Shown here one piece after another: positions 1 through 13,132 of a stretch of DNA of 64,000 nt. A program made the translations under genes and the position numbers. How positions within the stretch are numbered: position 1 is the stretch's first letter; every line of letters starts with the position of its first letter. Under the pieces are notes generated by a model. That model was given only the letters and a program-made list of their open reading frames with translations. It was not told where the DNA came from and searched no databases. Source of the DNA: Entomortierella parvispora E1425 (lineage: Eukaryota; Fungi; Mortierellomycota); the NCBI GenBank assembly GCA_020891255.1, contig BQFW01000015.1, positions 2,046,001-2,110,000 of the forward strand, read 5' to 3'.

Positions 1-26
1 GACGACTACCTATTCTGGCATCATAG

Positions 27-644
27 GGCACATACTCGCCAGTTTATCCGTCCTTAGAACAGTTATTGTACCTGGACCCTCCTGCGCCGCCACCACCCTC
101 CACTTCCTCCAACTACAAAAGGACAAAGACCCCGTATACCTCTTCAGCATGGAGTGCGTCAGCATCGTCGTCAACACCGCCATCCAATTTCGTTTCGTCG
201 ATATCAGCCTCTCCAACAACAAGTGCTGCACCCGCGTCAACACACAACCCCTGGACTTCTCCATCCACCTCCAGTACAGGCAACCCCGTCAACGCAATGG
301 CAACCGATACCCCTCCAAACATCAAAAAGAAGAAGCGGAAACTTGCAGAGGAATCGACACCGCCCACCAATGACTTTGCTGATCAACATATTCATCCTTC
401 TCGAAGAGCTGCACTGGGGCCGTCTCAGGCTGCTTCGTCCTCATCCACCTCGACTTCAAAACCCATGCCCAAGAAACTAGCCAGCTTGTTACAAAAATGG
501 AACGAAAAAGACAAGGATCCTTCTGACGACGAAGAGGACGAGGATGAGGAAGAGGACCGTCAGGAACATGAAGGAGCAGGGGCAAGCGGAGCAAATACCG
601 AGAGCCTTGGAGGTGATTGGCGTGAGCGAAGACTTCATAGGTGA
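27..644 (+). CDS. 3' exon of an FNBP4-like (formin-binding protein 4 / WW-domain) protein; gene starts upstream of the window
   Basis: Acceptor tcatag at 21-26, then an open frame to TGA at 642-644. C-terminal KLASLLQKW...acidic tract...GANTESLGGDWRERR resembles the FNBP4 family C-terminus as recalled (human KMPSLVKKW...NANFEALPEDWRARL; plant NANFQPLGGDWRE). Confidence 0.6.
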   Translation, partial: GTYSPVYPSLEQLLYLDPPAPPPPSTSSNYKRTKTPYTSSAWSASASSSTPPSNFVSSISASPTTSAAPASTHNPWTSPSTSSTGNPVNAMATDTPPNIKKKKRKLAEESTPPTNDFADQHIHPSRRAALGPSQAASSSSTSTSKPMPKKLASLLQKWNEKDKDPSDDEEDEDEEEDRQEHEGAGASGANTESLGGDWRERRLHR

Positions 645-1095
645 TCACAATAAGCTTTTCTAAAAAAAATAGAAAATGTTACGACGCGTGCATGTGTACA
701 AATCAGTCCACATGGAGCCACAATGACAGAATGCAGCTAGCAGCGGCCGCGAATGCAGTGACAAAATGAATCTCACTCCTGAAACAGCGCAAGGGGGTGC
801 GCTGGCCAACCCGAGCATGCAAAAGGGGCGTATGAAGATGGATGGGCCGAAGGAAGGGGTGGTTTTTTTTTTTTTTTTTTGGTAAAAAAAAAGGGCACAG
901 CTAGGCAGCTTGGTTTTATTGAAAGAAATCCTTCCACCTCTATGTTCAAGGGAGCTTTTGCATGTGCTAGGTATTGATATGTTGCAATGAATGGGGAGTG
1001 TCGTAGTTCTTGTTTGTTTGTCGAACTTGAATGATATAATGAGGTTGTTGGGGTTGTTGTCGGATGATGTGGTGACGTTGATGAGAACAGCACAT

Positions 1096-2563
1096 TTATC
1101 CAGATCCACCAGAGTAGGCCTTTCCGAAGAAGATGACCTGGAGCTGATCGTATCCAGACAAGACACCGGCACCAGCGATGGCACGGAGAACGTTGGCACC
1201 AGCACCCTTGAAGAGGGACTTGTAACCCTCCTTCTGGACAATCTGTCTGAAGGCATCGGCCGAGGACTTGTACTTGACGGCCTCACCAGAGGTCATCATC
1301 ATTCTGCGGCGGACAGTATCAACGGGGTAAGAAGCAAGACCAGCCAAGTTGGTGACACCGAATCCGAGAATGAAAGAAGCGAGGAAAGAGCCCTGGAGGG
1401 ACTGGGGCAACAAGGGCTTGACGGAATCATAGAGACCAAAGTACCTGAGAAAGAAGAAAAAAGAAGACCAAAGAGACAGATCACGTTAGCGCAAGTTTGA
1501 TAAACAACCACAAGAGAAAACGTAAACAAAAATAACAGGGGGTGGCAAGCCAAGCGATGGAAGGGGATGGACCAAAAAAGCGACAGGACTGGCGAGCAAG
1601 TTCCATCAGCAATGATTGGGAACGAACGTGATGTCCGGATCAAATGAAAGGAGAAAGACACTTACAATCCACGGTAAATGATGATACCGAAAGCAGAGAG
1701 AGGGAAACCACGGTAAAGACCAGCAATACCATCGGTGGCAATGGTCTTCTTGTAGACATCAATGAGACCGTTGAACTGACGGGTACCACCGTTCTTGCCC
1801 TTGGCATCGTTGGCCAAACGGGTACGGGCGTAGTCCAAAGAGTAGACGAAGAGGAGGGAGCAGGCACCAGCGGCACCACCGGAGGCGATGTTACCGGCGA
1901 ACCACTTGGCATAGCCATCGCGCTCCTTCTTGAAGTTGAACATGGCCTTGAAGTAATCCTTGAAGGCAAAGTTCAAAGCCTGGGTGGGGAAGTAACGGAT
2001 GACGTTGGCAGTGTTACCTCTCCAGAGGGGCTTGATACCCTCATCAGCAATGACACGCTTGAAGCAGTCGCCGATACCCTTGTAGGGGTGGGAGAGACGG
2101 CCAGTCTTGAGCATCTCATCCTGGTTCTGGAGGAGAAGCTTGATACGCTCAATGGGGGCAGCGGCGGTCTTGGAGACAGCGGCGGAGACACCACCCTATA
2201 TGATCGAGATAAGAAACTGTCAGCAGTCTGTTCCTGGTTGCTTTCGAGAGAGTGTGCTCGAGTGGATCGCCCATTCCGATTCAGTGGATCAACCCGAGAG
2301 CCGAGTCTTGCTCGCACTGATGACGAGCCCCTTCGAGCTTGTCAGTATTGTCTTCCAGAAGGGTCTCATTGTTCTCATCTCGAGGAATCGGGTTGATTCC
2401 AGGTCGGAGAGTCAAGAGTGGGGAAGCAAAGAGAAAGAGAAAGAGAGAGAGCACAAGAGAGAGAGATAGGAGTGGACGGGAAGCAGCAGATAGAACTCAC
2501 CATGAGGAAATCGGCGGCGAAGGCCTTGGCATCCTTTTGCTTCTTGACGACGGGAGCAGACAT
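1096..2563 (-). CDS. AAC: Mitochondrial ADP/ATP carrier (adenine nucleotide translocase), 3 exons: 2563-2501, 2195-1666, 1444-1096
   Basis: [55 protein letters not shown] and the RRRMMM carrier signature; GT-AG introns join the exons in frame. Confidence 0.98.
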
Positions 2564-3270
2564 GTTGATTTTGCGGGGGAGAGTGGGGAGGGGAGGGAGA
2601 GAAGGAACAGAGAAGGAACGGGGGGATGCACCCTTTTATTGCACCAGACGTGCCCATGCAGGCCATCATCGGGAAGACTCGCAGGACCGGCTTTTTTTTT
2701 TTTTTTTTTTTTTTTTTTCCTGATATTTCCTCTCTTCTATTGCGCTTTCAATCTCAGCCAGCGAAAGAGAGACAAAGAATAGACCGACACTCAGGCATGC
2801 AATCAAACAAACGGCAATTGCACGCTGGGCCCCATGGGCGAATGGCTGGAAGGCAAACAGAGTTGGCAGAGCACACACCACACAAACATGAGCTCTGGGC
2901 GGAGCGACCACGGGTAGACCCAAAAAAGAGGCCCCCTTCTCGATCGCACCATCTCCAGCGACTGGGGTCCAAATCGAACCGCGAGATAGAAAACCGCTCG
3001 TCTCGGTCGCTCTATCGACCACATTCAAGGAAATCACATTTAGCCAGTGTGTTGTGTCCAAGTCATTCACAAAGACACATGGGCACACACACACACACAC
3101 ACACAACCTCTTGCCCCCTACTGCTCTGCTCTGCTCTCTAGTCTGAATCATTCCGGTATTATTTTATTATTACAGCAACTGGTATAAGCACGTCCATCTT
3201 CTCACTTTTGGCTCTTTACATCTCTCTCTCTCTCTGTCTCTACCTCTTTCTCTTCACTTCTCTCTACTCC

Positions 3271-6200
3271 CTACAACTCGACTGATGGAGACAGCACACC
3301 GACACACTCGCCCGGGATCGCTCTTCTCTCGGTGTCTGTCCGGATAGAATCAAAGCTGGAAAGACGACCTTCGTCGACCAGCTCAAAGTCGCCTCCGACG
3401 ATTCCACCAGTCGCAACGGAATCTGACAGCGATTCGACGTCGGGCAAAATGGTTCCAGATCTGGAACCGGATTCTGTTCCTGAGCTAAGAGGATTCGCCG
3501 TTGGCCCTTCTGTTGTCGCACTCAAACTCGAACCTGATCCGACCAGTCGTGCTTTGAGGAGACTGAACGTCTCGGCCCAGGTCGCCGTCTGTGGACGGGA
3601 ATCTCTTCCCCCTCTCCCAGACATCATGTAATTGTCTACACTTAGGGCAGAGGGAGAGGATCGACGGCGGTCCCAGGTTGGCCCAGCAGATACAGGACCT
3701 GCCTTTTGACCCCTGCTCCAGATCCCATCCATACTCATCCCAGAGATACTTGCAGGTTTGTCTTTCTTGGCCGTGGTTGACAGGGGTATAAACAAGGGTG
3801 ACCGTCGATGATCCGTTCCCTCGAGGTTATGATCCAGTCGGTCACTGTTCCTCACTCCATCAATAGTCAACGACTTCATGTCCTGGTGCATCATATTCCT
3901 GTCAGAGAAGCTGGAGCTGACATGGTGGTGCTGAGAGTTTTCGTTGACAGAACTACGAGAGCTCCAGATGCGAAGGTCCATACTGCTTCGAGGCGTTGGT
4001 TCCTTGACGTCCAGAGACCCTTGCTGTCTCCTCTGGTAAAGGATACCGCCGAGCCCACCGCCCGTTCCAACACCACTGACGCGCTGGTCACGGATCACCG
4101 TCGCCAGGTGCAAGATCGGCTGAATATCCACTGGAGGGTAGTTCTATCCAAGGAAAGCAATCATAAAAAAATCAACCAGCTGCTTTCGTCTCATAATCTT
4201 ACTTGTGAGGGTTTCGTTGCCGTCATTCAGCCACGTTCGTTACCTGTAAAAGCTTGACATTATCAGCAAAATCGCCTCCCACGAGCTCGGAACGGAGATG
4301 GCTTTGTTGTTTCCAAGTGGACGAAAAGAAAGAAAAAAAGAAGTGCGCGAAAATACAAAGAGGGAATTTAACAGAGAGCAGCGAGAGCCGAACGGCCATT
4401 TAACCTTGTGTCCCGATTCTGTCACAAACACGCTGCCGCACGGATGGGGTTGAGAGATGGGAAAACGATAGGACAGCATCGACCGCACTAGGGAGCGGGC
4501 AAAACAACAACCAAGGGAGAAAATAATGAAAATAATGAAAACAATGCAGGGGGAAGGGGAGGTCTTACCACACCATGGCACATCCAAAGTCCAGTAGAAA
4601 GTCATAGTCCTTTTCGACCCCACCAATGTCGGCCAGGACAGAATCCCATATCCGCCACACATCAGGCACCTCAAACTCTTGAGTGCACAGGACCGTCAGC
4701 CAACGAAAGGAGTAGTACTCTGGCGCAATTCCCTTGTCCTCCAGGTTCTGCCACAGATCCTCGTCAAACTGCCTGAGTCGAAAGTTCATTCTTGCAATGG
4801 TGGAGCCAATCCCGCTCATCCGATCCCTGTCCAGTGATCGCACAAAGTGGTCTCTAAAGTGGGCCATCAGCAGATGAAAGAGCCAAAACGACTCTGCCTC
4901 TGCGTGTGCTGTGATGTGAATGATCAAAAGGCAGATAGACTCGTCAGCAGCCGCATCACTAACCAGGCTCACTAGATGAATGTTTACAAAAAAAGTTACC
5001 TCGGCTGACTTCGTCGGGATCATTCGCCAAAAGGTAGTACAGTGGTCCCAGAATCTCATTCATGCCTTGCACGTATCCCACGCCGGGATTCAGCTTTGCG
5101 TAAATAAACAAAACACGTTCAATGGCTTCCCAGTGCAGATCCTGTGGGAGCTGGTCCTGCTCACTGTCTGCGGTATCGAGAGAAGAAAATGACTCTTCTG
5201 AAAGCCCCCGCGCCGATGCAGTGTCTGTCTCTGTTACCCTCTGACCGTCCTTGTTGCGCCGCTTCTTGATCCAGTTGTCCTGCGACTTTGAAACCTGCAG
5301 GGTATGAGCTTGATGCTCGCGCGAACCAAAGTCTTGGTTCAAATGAGCGACACGATTGAAGAGAGACCTCCGTGTAGGGATCGGAGAGAAGAGGTAACCA
5401 GGCAGGGAGAGCTCTTGGACTTCTCCCTCCTCATCTTCTACAGATGTTGCCATGCCTCTCAACCTCGATGGCACTGGCGACGCATAGTTGTTTGGTGTTT
5501 TGTACCCATTGGACATTGAGATGGGTGGTGTCTCATAGCCACTCGCTGTTGATGGGGTCGAAAGAATCGTCGTGCTCTGCCAGAGATCGGGTTCTGTTGT
5601 GGGTCTATCCTGTTTCTTGTCTGCGCGTGGGGACATTAACGTGACAGTCTGGCGACGTTTGTGGATGGGTGTCATGGACCTGGACCCCGGGTTTCTCTTG
5701 AGGTCCATACTGATGCTTTGAAGTATTCCTTTTTGGGGAGTACCTGCCGAAGCTTCCACCATTCCAGCAGATCCAGAATGTGACGCAGCCCCTGTCAATG
5801 AAGTCACCTTTGAGGCTGCTGTGGTTACGCTTGCGGGCGAAACCTTCTCAGCATCCTTTCGAAGGGCAGCAGCAGCCTTCTTTCTGGACTTCAAGCTCTG
5901 TGGTTCGATGCTTAGTGGACAAAGTGGAGAGTAGGGGATAGGAAGTTGAAAGAAGGCAAAATCTGGCAGCGTCCTCCGAACGTCCTTGTCTATTTGCTCC
6001 AGAGTTTTGTTGTCTTGAAAATAAAGCGACCATTCTGTGTCGTCCTTGTGCTTGGACACCTGAGCAAGATAGAGGATTTTAGCATCCTGTCAGAAGACAC
6101 TTCTCGATAGAAATACCTCAATGTCCCTTTTCAGTCGTATACCTCCTCATCGTCTTCCATCGATTCACTGCCGACCAACTCTGGCTCCACGATCAGGTCC

Positions 6201-6847
6201 TTCACAAAACTCTGTAAACGCACAGACGGAAAAAAAGCATTAGATGCGCCATTCTAATGCAGCACTTGAAAAACACGCACACAAAAAGAGTAACGATCGA
6301 AACCATGATCCAAACGTGCATAATAAAGACGCCTCTGATCCATGAGGACCGACTCCCATTGCGATTTGTCCAATGGCAGATATCCAAGCAAGATCTAACG
6401 GTGCAGATCAGTTTCATTGTTGAGTCTCTAGTTCATTCCAAAGTATCGGTGGTCAGCTCCCTAGATTTGACAAGATCACCTTCCAGCAGACTTGGCGAAG
6501 ACCCGGCTTGTCGGGGATTCCTACAGAAAGTCAGACCGCCACGTTAGACACTTTCGGTGCAACAAATGAAGAAAAAACGCGAAATTTGGTAACCAGACAG
6601 TGGTTTTTTGTTCCTGCGCACGACCTTGGTGGGCTCAATTGCTCTTACCCCCAAAGCACAGCTCTTTGAAGTCGTCCATGGAGATGATAGTGTTTTCGTC
6701 GTCGAGCGCAAGGTGCTTTTCAAACTGGCCGATTCTAACACAGGGCAAGAAGGGACGCGTGAGTGCTCGATGGGCCTTTTACTTTTAGCCCGAGACAAAA
6801 CAAAAGCTTTGGGGACGTTGACTGCACCTTGCGATGTAAGACTCCAT
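3271..6847 (-). CDS. TBC-domain Rab GTPase-activating protein, TBC1D13-like, multi-exon
   Basis: IDKDVRRT (catalytic Arg), YVQGMNE (Gln finger), HWEAIERVLFIYAKLNPGVG, YSFRWLTVLCTQEF. Start MESYIAR at 6847, followed by short exons IGQFEKHL..., GIPDKPGLRQVCWK and ILLGYLP. Long Ser-rich C-terminal tail. Confidence 0.92.
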
Positions 6848-7289
6848 GTTGTGTTGAAATTGAATGGAAGGGTGAATAAGGATGGGCGGGAAGAGAAGAG
6901 ATGGATTGAATGAATTCAGCCTGGAAATGCAGTTGTCCATGCCCTCCCCAAGTCCAAGTCCAAGGTGACCCTTTATTTTCTACCCACTCAACCCACGACC
7001 AGCGACTGTCCCTGTCCCTGACCCTGCCCTCCTTGCCTCCTGAGCAAAAGAGGGGAAAAAAACGTTTTCGCCCACCTTGAGCCGTGTTGCTGCGTTGACT
7101 GGCTGACCGAGAGCGAGCTGGAGCTGTACACAGCTCTGCCCCCTCTCTCCAATTGCGATTCGTTTCTCCCTTGCCTCCGTCCCGTCGGCAGTGCGTTTGA
7201 GCTACTGCATGGTGGGAAAGACACTGCAGAAATAAAACAAATTTAGAATAAGAGAAAGTGCGACTAATAAACAGCGCCCCTTAACCCCA

Positions 7290-7347
7290 TTTCGCGTGAC
7301 TCCCATTTTCGCGTGTTTGTGGCGAAGAACCAATGGCGTTGACGCGA
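7290..7347. promoter_or_regulatory. Cluster of MCB/SCB-like elements (ACGCGAAA x2 on minus, ACGCGA on plus) upstream of the APSES gene
   Basis: TTTCGCGT at 7290-7297 and 7307-7314, within a CCCATTT(T)CGCGTG direct repeat; ACGCGA at 7342-7347. Confidence 0.55.
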
Positions 7348-7505
7348 TGATGCAGACATCATTCCCTTCCTCTTCTTCCTCGGCACATCCCCTCCTTGAC
7401 CCTCCCGAACATTCGCCGCTGTCATCCTCAGCCTCTCCTTGCGCAGCACGGGAACCATTCAAACACGGGACAGACAATCAGGAATACGCACGATCACTTG
7501 CATCA

Positions 7506-9936
7506 ATGACGGCCAACATCTATACTGCCGCCTACTCGGGCGTGCCTGTCTACGAGATGATGTGCAGAGGCATCGCCGTCATGAGACGACGCGACGACTC
7601 GTCCCTTAACGCGACTCAAATCCTCAAGGTGGCAGGAATCGAGAAGGGAAGGAGGACAAAGATTCTCGAAAGAGAGGTCCTGACTGGTGAACATGAAAAA
7701 GTACAAGGTGGATACGGCAAATATCAGGGCACTTGGTAAATATGATCTGTTGCATGCAAATTAATTTCAAGCCTGATGGACATACTCTAACCTCTGTCAA
7801 ATGGGCATGTTTAATAGGGTTCCATTTCAACGAGGCAAGGATTTGGCAAGACAGTACAGAGTGGACCACCTCCTGCAGCCGTTGTTCGAGTATGCTTTTC
7901 AACTAGGAGAGGTCGATACCATTACGCCAACAAAGGAGATGGCCCAAATGGCACAAAAGAACAGAGATGGGCTCAAGGCTTCACACAAGGCCTCACCTAG
8001 GATGAGTCCCATGTCAAAGAGAGCAAGAAGCACATCTGTCAAGCTCCCAGGATCTCACGCACCCTCCATGACCCCTTCGCCAATGCACCCGTCCTTCAAC
8101 ACTTCCTCGCCCTCCATGCCCCCGTCGCCCCAATGGCACTCTGATCTGCATCCCAGGAAGAGGAACAGGCCCAGCTCCCCACCAGGTTATGATCATGTTT
8201 ATGCACCAGACGGGGATCTAATCATGGATTACCACCATAGCCGGCACATCTTGGCGGAACCTGTGGAAGGTGTTGAGAAATACCGATCAATCTTGATGAC
8301 AATATTCCTAACAGACGACACAGAACATGTCCCAATCCCGGATCTCTTGACAAACCCAGCGACCCCTACCGATCTGGATATCGATCTTGTGATTGACGAT
8401 CAGGGTCACACAGCTCTTCACTGGGCTGCCGCACTTGCCCGCGTGCCCGTCATGGAACTTCTCGTGCAAAAGAATGCCGATATTCGCAGAGTGAACTACA
8501 ATGGAGAGTCATGTCTGGTACGCGCCGTCCTGGTCACAAACAACTTTGACCGCCAGACTTTCCCACACCTGCTCAATGTCTTGCACAAGGCCATTCCGAT
8601 CGTGGACCGCAACAACAGGACACTTCTCCACCATATCGCAATTACATGTGGAATTCGAGGACGAAGTGCAGCCTCCCATTATTACATGGAATGTCTACTG
8701 GAGTGGATTGCAAGAAATGGAGGCGACTTCTCGGCCATTATCGACATCCAGGACAAGAATGGCGACACTGCGCTGACGATCGCAGCGCGTGTCGGAGATC
8801 GATACATTTCCAAATTTTTGATCGACGTTGGGGCCAACAGAGATTTGGAGAACAAGGTGGGCTTGAAGGCCGAGGATTTTGGAATCGATGATGGACAAGT
8901 AAGCCTCCTCCAATTTGAACTTGCAAGGATGACAGAAAAAGGTAGAAAGAGCCGTGTCAAGACGTAGAGGATCCGTGCTGACCCATTCCACCAACTTTTA
9001 TTGTAGTTTGAAACTGGCGATCAGCCATTTGTACCCCGTAGGCATGTGCCTGCGCCTGAAAACACCGCCAAAGAAACACCAACAAAACGCGGCAAAGAGA
9101 TTATGTCTGGTAAGAATGCAGACGCAGGACCAAAGCTGTGCGTTCTCATCATTGATGTGACACAGGTTTCTAACAAGCGCCTTGACCTTTTTTTTTTGTT
9201 TGTTTATTCTTGTTTCCCAGTCGTCCAAAAAATGGTGGACGAGTTGGATGTCGAGTTTTCACACGAGATTCTTGCCCGCCATGGTCAGTTGGAGGATACA
9301 CAGACACAGCTCAGGAACGCCACCCGGGCTTTGACAGAGACACGAAAGACGATCCAAGACTTCAAGACGCAGGCGCAGCAGCTCGAGGAGGCACAACAAA
9401 AGATCAAGAATCTTGAATTTTCATTAGAGGAGGAAAGTCAAAGGACGAGGAATCAGAATGGCTACTCGACAAAGCTGCGGAACAACAATGAAGACATCGA
9501 CTTGCTTTTCAATGTCCGTGCTGGCGCTGGCGCTGGCGATATGTCGCGGGAAAAGATTGCAGAGCTGGAGGTGATCCATCTTCGGTCCAGGGTTTTGGCG
9601 TACCAAAAGGTCCAGGAGGAATTGACGCAAGAACTGGCCGAGGCCAAGAGCAAGAGCTCTGCCAACGAGTTGCTCTGTAAACGAGTCATTTCTATCTGCT
9701 GCAGCATTCCGCTCGAGAGTGTGGACGACATGCTGGTACCTTTGACGTTGGCGGTCGAGAGTGAGGGAGCAGGTCTAGACCTATCCAGGGTCGCTGGGTT
9801 TATGAGCCGGGTCAAACAGCAGGAAGGGATGGCATCCGCAAACACTGCTCCCCCCTCTAGTTTGAAAGCTGCTGCTGCTGCTGCTGCTTCCGCCTCTGTT
9901 GCCGCCTCGGCTGCCGGACCTGCCAGTGCCCTGTGA
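7506..9936 (+). CDS. MBF/SBF G1/S transcription factor (Mbp1/Res1/Res2/Swi4 family): APSES/KilA-N domain, ankyrin repeats, coiled coil; exons approx. 7506-7736, 7819-8898, 9007-9109, 9221-9936
   Basis: [40 protein letters not shown]...[14 protein letters not shown]; ankyrin motifs [12 protein letters not shown] and [11 protein letters not shown]. An in-frame upstream ATG at 7347 is possible. Confidence 0.95.
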
Positions 9937-10049
9937 AGAAAAGATCTACAGAGCCTTGTAAAGTAGTTTTGGTGTATTAATCAATCGATCTCTAAAAATA
10001 TATGTGTATGATGTGTATGTTGTCTATTATGATAGTGTATGATGTGGTT

Positions 10050-13000
10050 TTACGCAACGACTTGAGTATGGCCGTTGTTACTTCTCCCCTTGAAGAGACG
10101 CCACGGAGACTTCTTTCGATTGAATTCGTACGACAGATCATCGTCTTCTTCAATGGCCATCGCTTCGTTGGAACCCCTTGTCCCAGAGCCAGCCCCGGCT
10201 GTCATTGAGGTCTCCACTACCGTTTGCTGTGCGTTCCGACCCAGCTCTTGAATCGATCCCAAAGCGCGACCACTGCCGCCCACTGTATATTGACTTGCTT
10301 TCGGGGCAAAGGTCGGGAAGATGGGCGGTGGAGGGGGCATAGCAAAGCTTGACATGGAAAAAGCCGTGGCAAGGTCTAGTTCTGACGTTTCTCCCTCCTC
10401 GTTCTCATTGTCGCTTTCAAAATACCCTCCGTGGAGCGATCCGCCAGGGGTTGAAGCGGAAGGCTCGGATCCTGTGCGGCGGTGATACGGGCCGGTTCCT
10501 CTTTTTTTCTTTCCCAAGAATCCAAAGGGTTTCTTTCCGCCATGAACACTGGCCCCATTGACCGAGAAGGACGAGAACGAGGAACGTCCGTCGAGCGAGG
10601 TGAGCCGCTCAGGCACTGGCTGTAAAAAGTCAAGCGTGGGTCTGCTGGCGAACGTGCGATCGAGCATCCGAATCATGATCTTTTCTGCAAAGTTGCTCGA
10701 GGACAGTTTCCGAATCATCCTCCCTGTCACTTTCTATAGGGTATGATCAAAAGTGTATAAAGATAAAATCATAAAAACACCATTGTAAGAAACTACTTTG
10801 GTACCTGGACTCTAAAAACAAAAAAAAAAAAAAAATAGAAAAACGGCGGGTACTTACTCGATTAAAGAGCAATTGGTCCTGTTTGCTCGATGCCCAGATG
10901 GCGTCCTTCACATTCGGATTGCGTTGCTGAAAGTGAGTGTGAAAGAGCTCCTTGATGGCGCCTGATCTGTTGGTTTGGAGTTTGGACAAGAGGTTCGCGA
11001 GACTGATTGAATCCAAGATTGCCTGTGTAGGGCCATGGTTGGAGGACGTTTGCAGCTTGTGGCAAGCTAGTTTTAAAAAAAGGTGAAGACGTGAATGAGA
11101 TGTCTGAAGATAGATGGGTACTAGCGCAACAAACAAAAACGCGCGTATTTTTACCATCTCCAATCAAAAGGGTACGTCCGTGGTACCAGGTCCGGTAGCA
11201 CTTTTCCTCGACGACCACTACCGAAATCATCTTTTTTGAAGTCGCGTCCACCAAATCCCGTAAAGTCCCTCCAAACGGACTGGCTTGGTCTTGAATGGAC
11301 TCTTCTATTGTCAAGCTCTGATCCAAGGTACTCCATGTCCGGTCCAGGGCCATTTCCTGCAATTGTTCCAGTTGATGTTTCTGTTCGTCCATGTCCAGCG
11401 CCGCCAGTTGGTGAATGACAGACTCTACAGGTTGCAATAGGGTCGCGTGCTTTGGTGCTTTCAGTCCTCCGGCAGGGACAACGCCACCAGGAAGTCGGAT
11501 CGACTCTCTATCACTGCTTTTCAAAGTCGATTGGCTTCCTGTAGCGATTGTCCTTTGGAGGGTTGGTCCTGTTGATGAGGAGGCTCCTCCTGGAGCATTC
11601 TTGAACTGTTCCTTCATGTTTTCTCTTGAAGTTCTCCCTTTCCCGGAACTACTGGACGGCATCGACAAAGAAGAGGACGACATCAGAGTTGCCTCTATTG
11701 GTGCCACCGAACTATAGTGCTCTCTAAAGGCCCGACTGCCAGAGTTGCCTCCACTGCCCACTCCCGATCCTTCAAATCGTGACTCCAGACTAGCTCTGCC
11801 CGTACTCTCTCCTGCACCTTCTGCAGGTGGACGAGTGGATCGGGAACGAGAACGGACTATTGACGTTGTCACACCCCATCCGAATCGATTCTCTATCATG
11901 GGCACGAACCAAATCTGTCCATATGAAAAAAAAAAACCGCAAAATAGAATAATACATGTCAATACCAGCAAGAAAGATACCTCTTTCCCCCTCAAAATCA
12001 AACTAGAGAGCGCAACACAAGAATGGGGAACCAACGAAATGTATCCCCTTTCGTGTAGGCTCTCCGCTGTACGTCTCTGACCCCCTCTCTTTCTTCTTGC
12101 ACTTACCGCGCAATTGGCGTCCTTGGGCAAGACCAACATGAGCTCACAGTTCTTTGACCGTAGGACGGGATATGCAGTCGCGGCCATTGGCTCGGTGATT
12201 CCACTTATACACTGTTGATCCACTCTAGAGTGGGCATAGTCGGAAGGATGAAGGGTTGTTTCCTTGACGGCCGAGGACGACCGACCGGACACCGACGCAG
12301 CCTTGGCAGCGGCGGCCGCCTTTTGAATGTCGCGATACATGCTTTCGCGAATAGGGGAGGAGCCGCCGTCGGCCCCGACCAAGATGTCGCCTGCATAGGA
12401 CGATCCGTCCTCACACCGGACCAGAATACTGCGATTGTTCTGATCGCTTTCCGTGTCGCTGTTCTTGTAACTCAACTCCAACAGACTGTCATTGTTCAGG
12501 ACGGCGGCACTCAAGTCGGAACTGATAACCCGTTTTCCAAACAGAATCTTGTACGCTGGAATCCGAGAGAGCAAGATATCATAGAGTTTGGGTCGGACGA
12601 TCGTCAGTGCGCTGTATCCGTACCTGTGATGTGGTGCAATCGACAAAAAAGAACAGAGAAAAAGAATGAATAAAATTTGTGTGTTCACCTTTGGCCGGGC
12701 GTTGGGCGGGGTGGTTTTCTTTTTCTTTTTTCTTTTTTTCCCTCGGTTGGCTTTGCCCACTCTGATATCCACAGAACAAGTGCGGCGCCAGTCTATCCAC
12801 TTTTTTTTTTGAGCGTCTCTCTCTCTCTTTCTCCTGACTTACCGTTCTTTGGCATGGTCAGTGTTGAATCGACACATCCTCCGGAGCTCGTGGTCCAGCA
12901 TAGTAATGCCCGTCAGGTAGTTGGAATTTCGAAGGAGGTCCTCGAGCAAACCCAATTGCTCCATGACCCGCATCAAGGGTGGACCGAGGTAGACGATCCC

Positions 13001-13132
13001 TCCCAATGCCTGAATTTGGTGTGTGGCCTCCAGGATGACATAGTCGATCCCTGCACGCTCCAACATGACGCCAAGGGAAAGGCCCGCGATGCCTCCACCG
13101 GCGATGATGACCTTGAACTGTGGCGGTGCCAT
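10050..13132 (-). CDS. FAD-dependent monooxygenase-like protein (FAD_binding_3 fold) with long low-complexity insertions, about 5 exons
   Basis: N-terminal KVIIAGGGIAGLSLG (GxGxxG), DILVGADGGSSPIR (DG motif), and spliced TLLIGD/ACHKLQTSSNHGPTQAILD (GD motif). Confidence 0.85.

Noticed and set aside
864-881. Long poly-T/poly-A runs here and at many intron ends
   Set aside because: Ubiquitous in this window's introns and UTRs; not locus-specific.
2196-2500. Box C/D snoRNA in AAC intron 1
   Set aside because: Only a degenerate C box (AGATGAG) and generic CTGA motifs; no recognisable rRNA guide.
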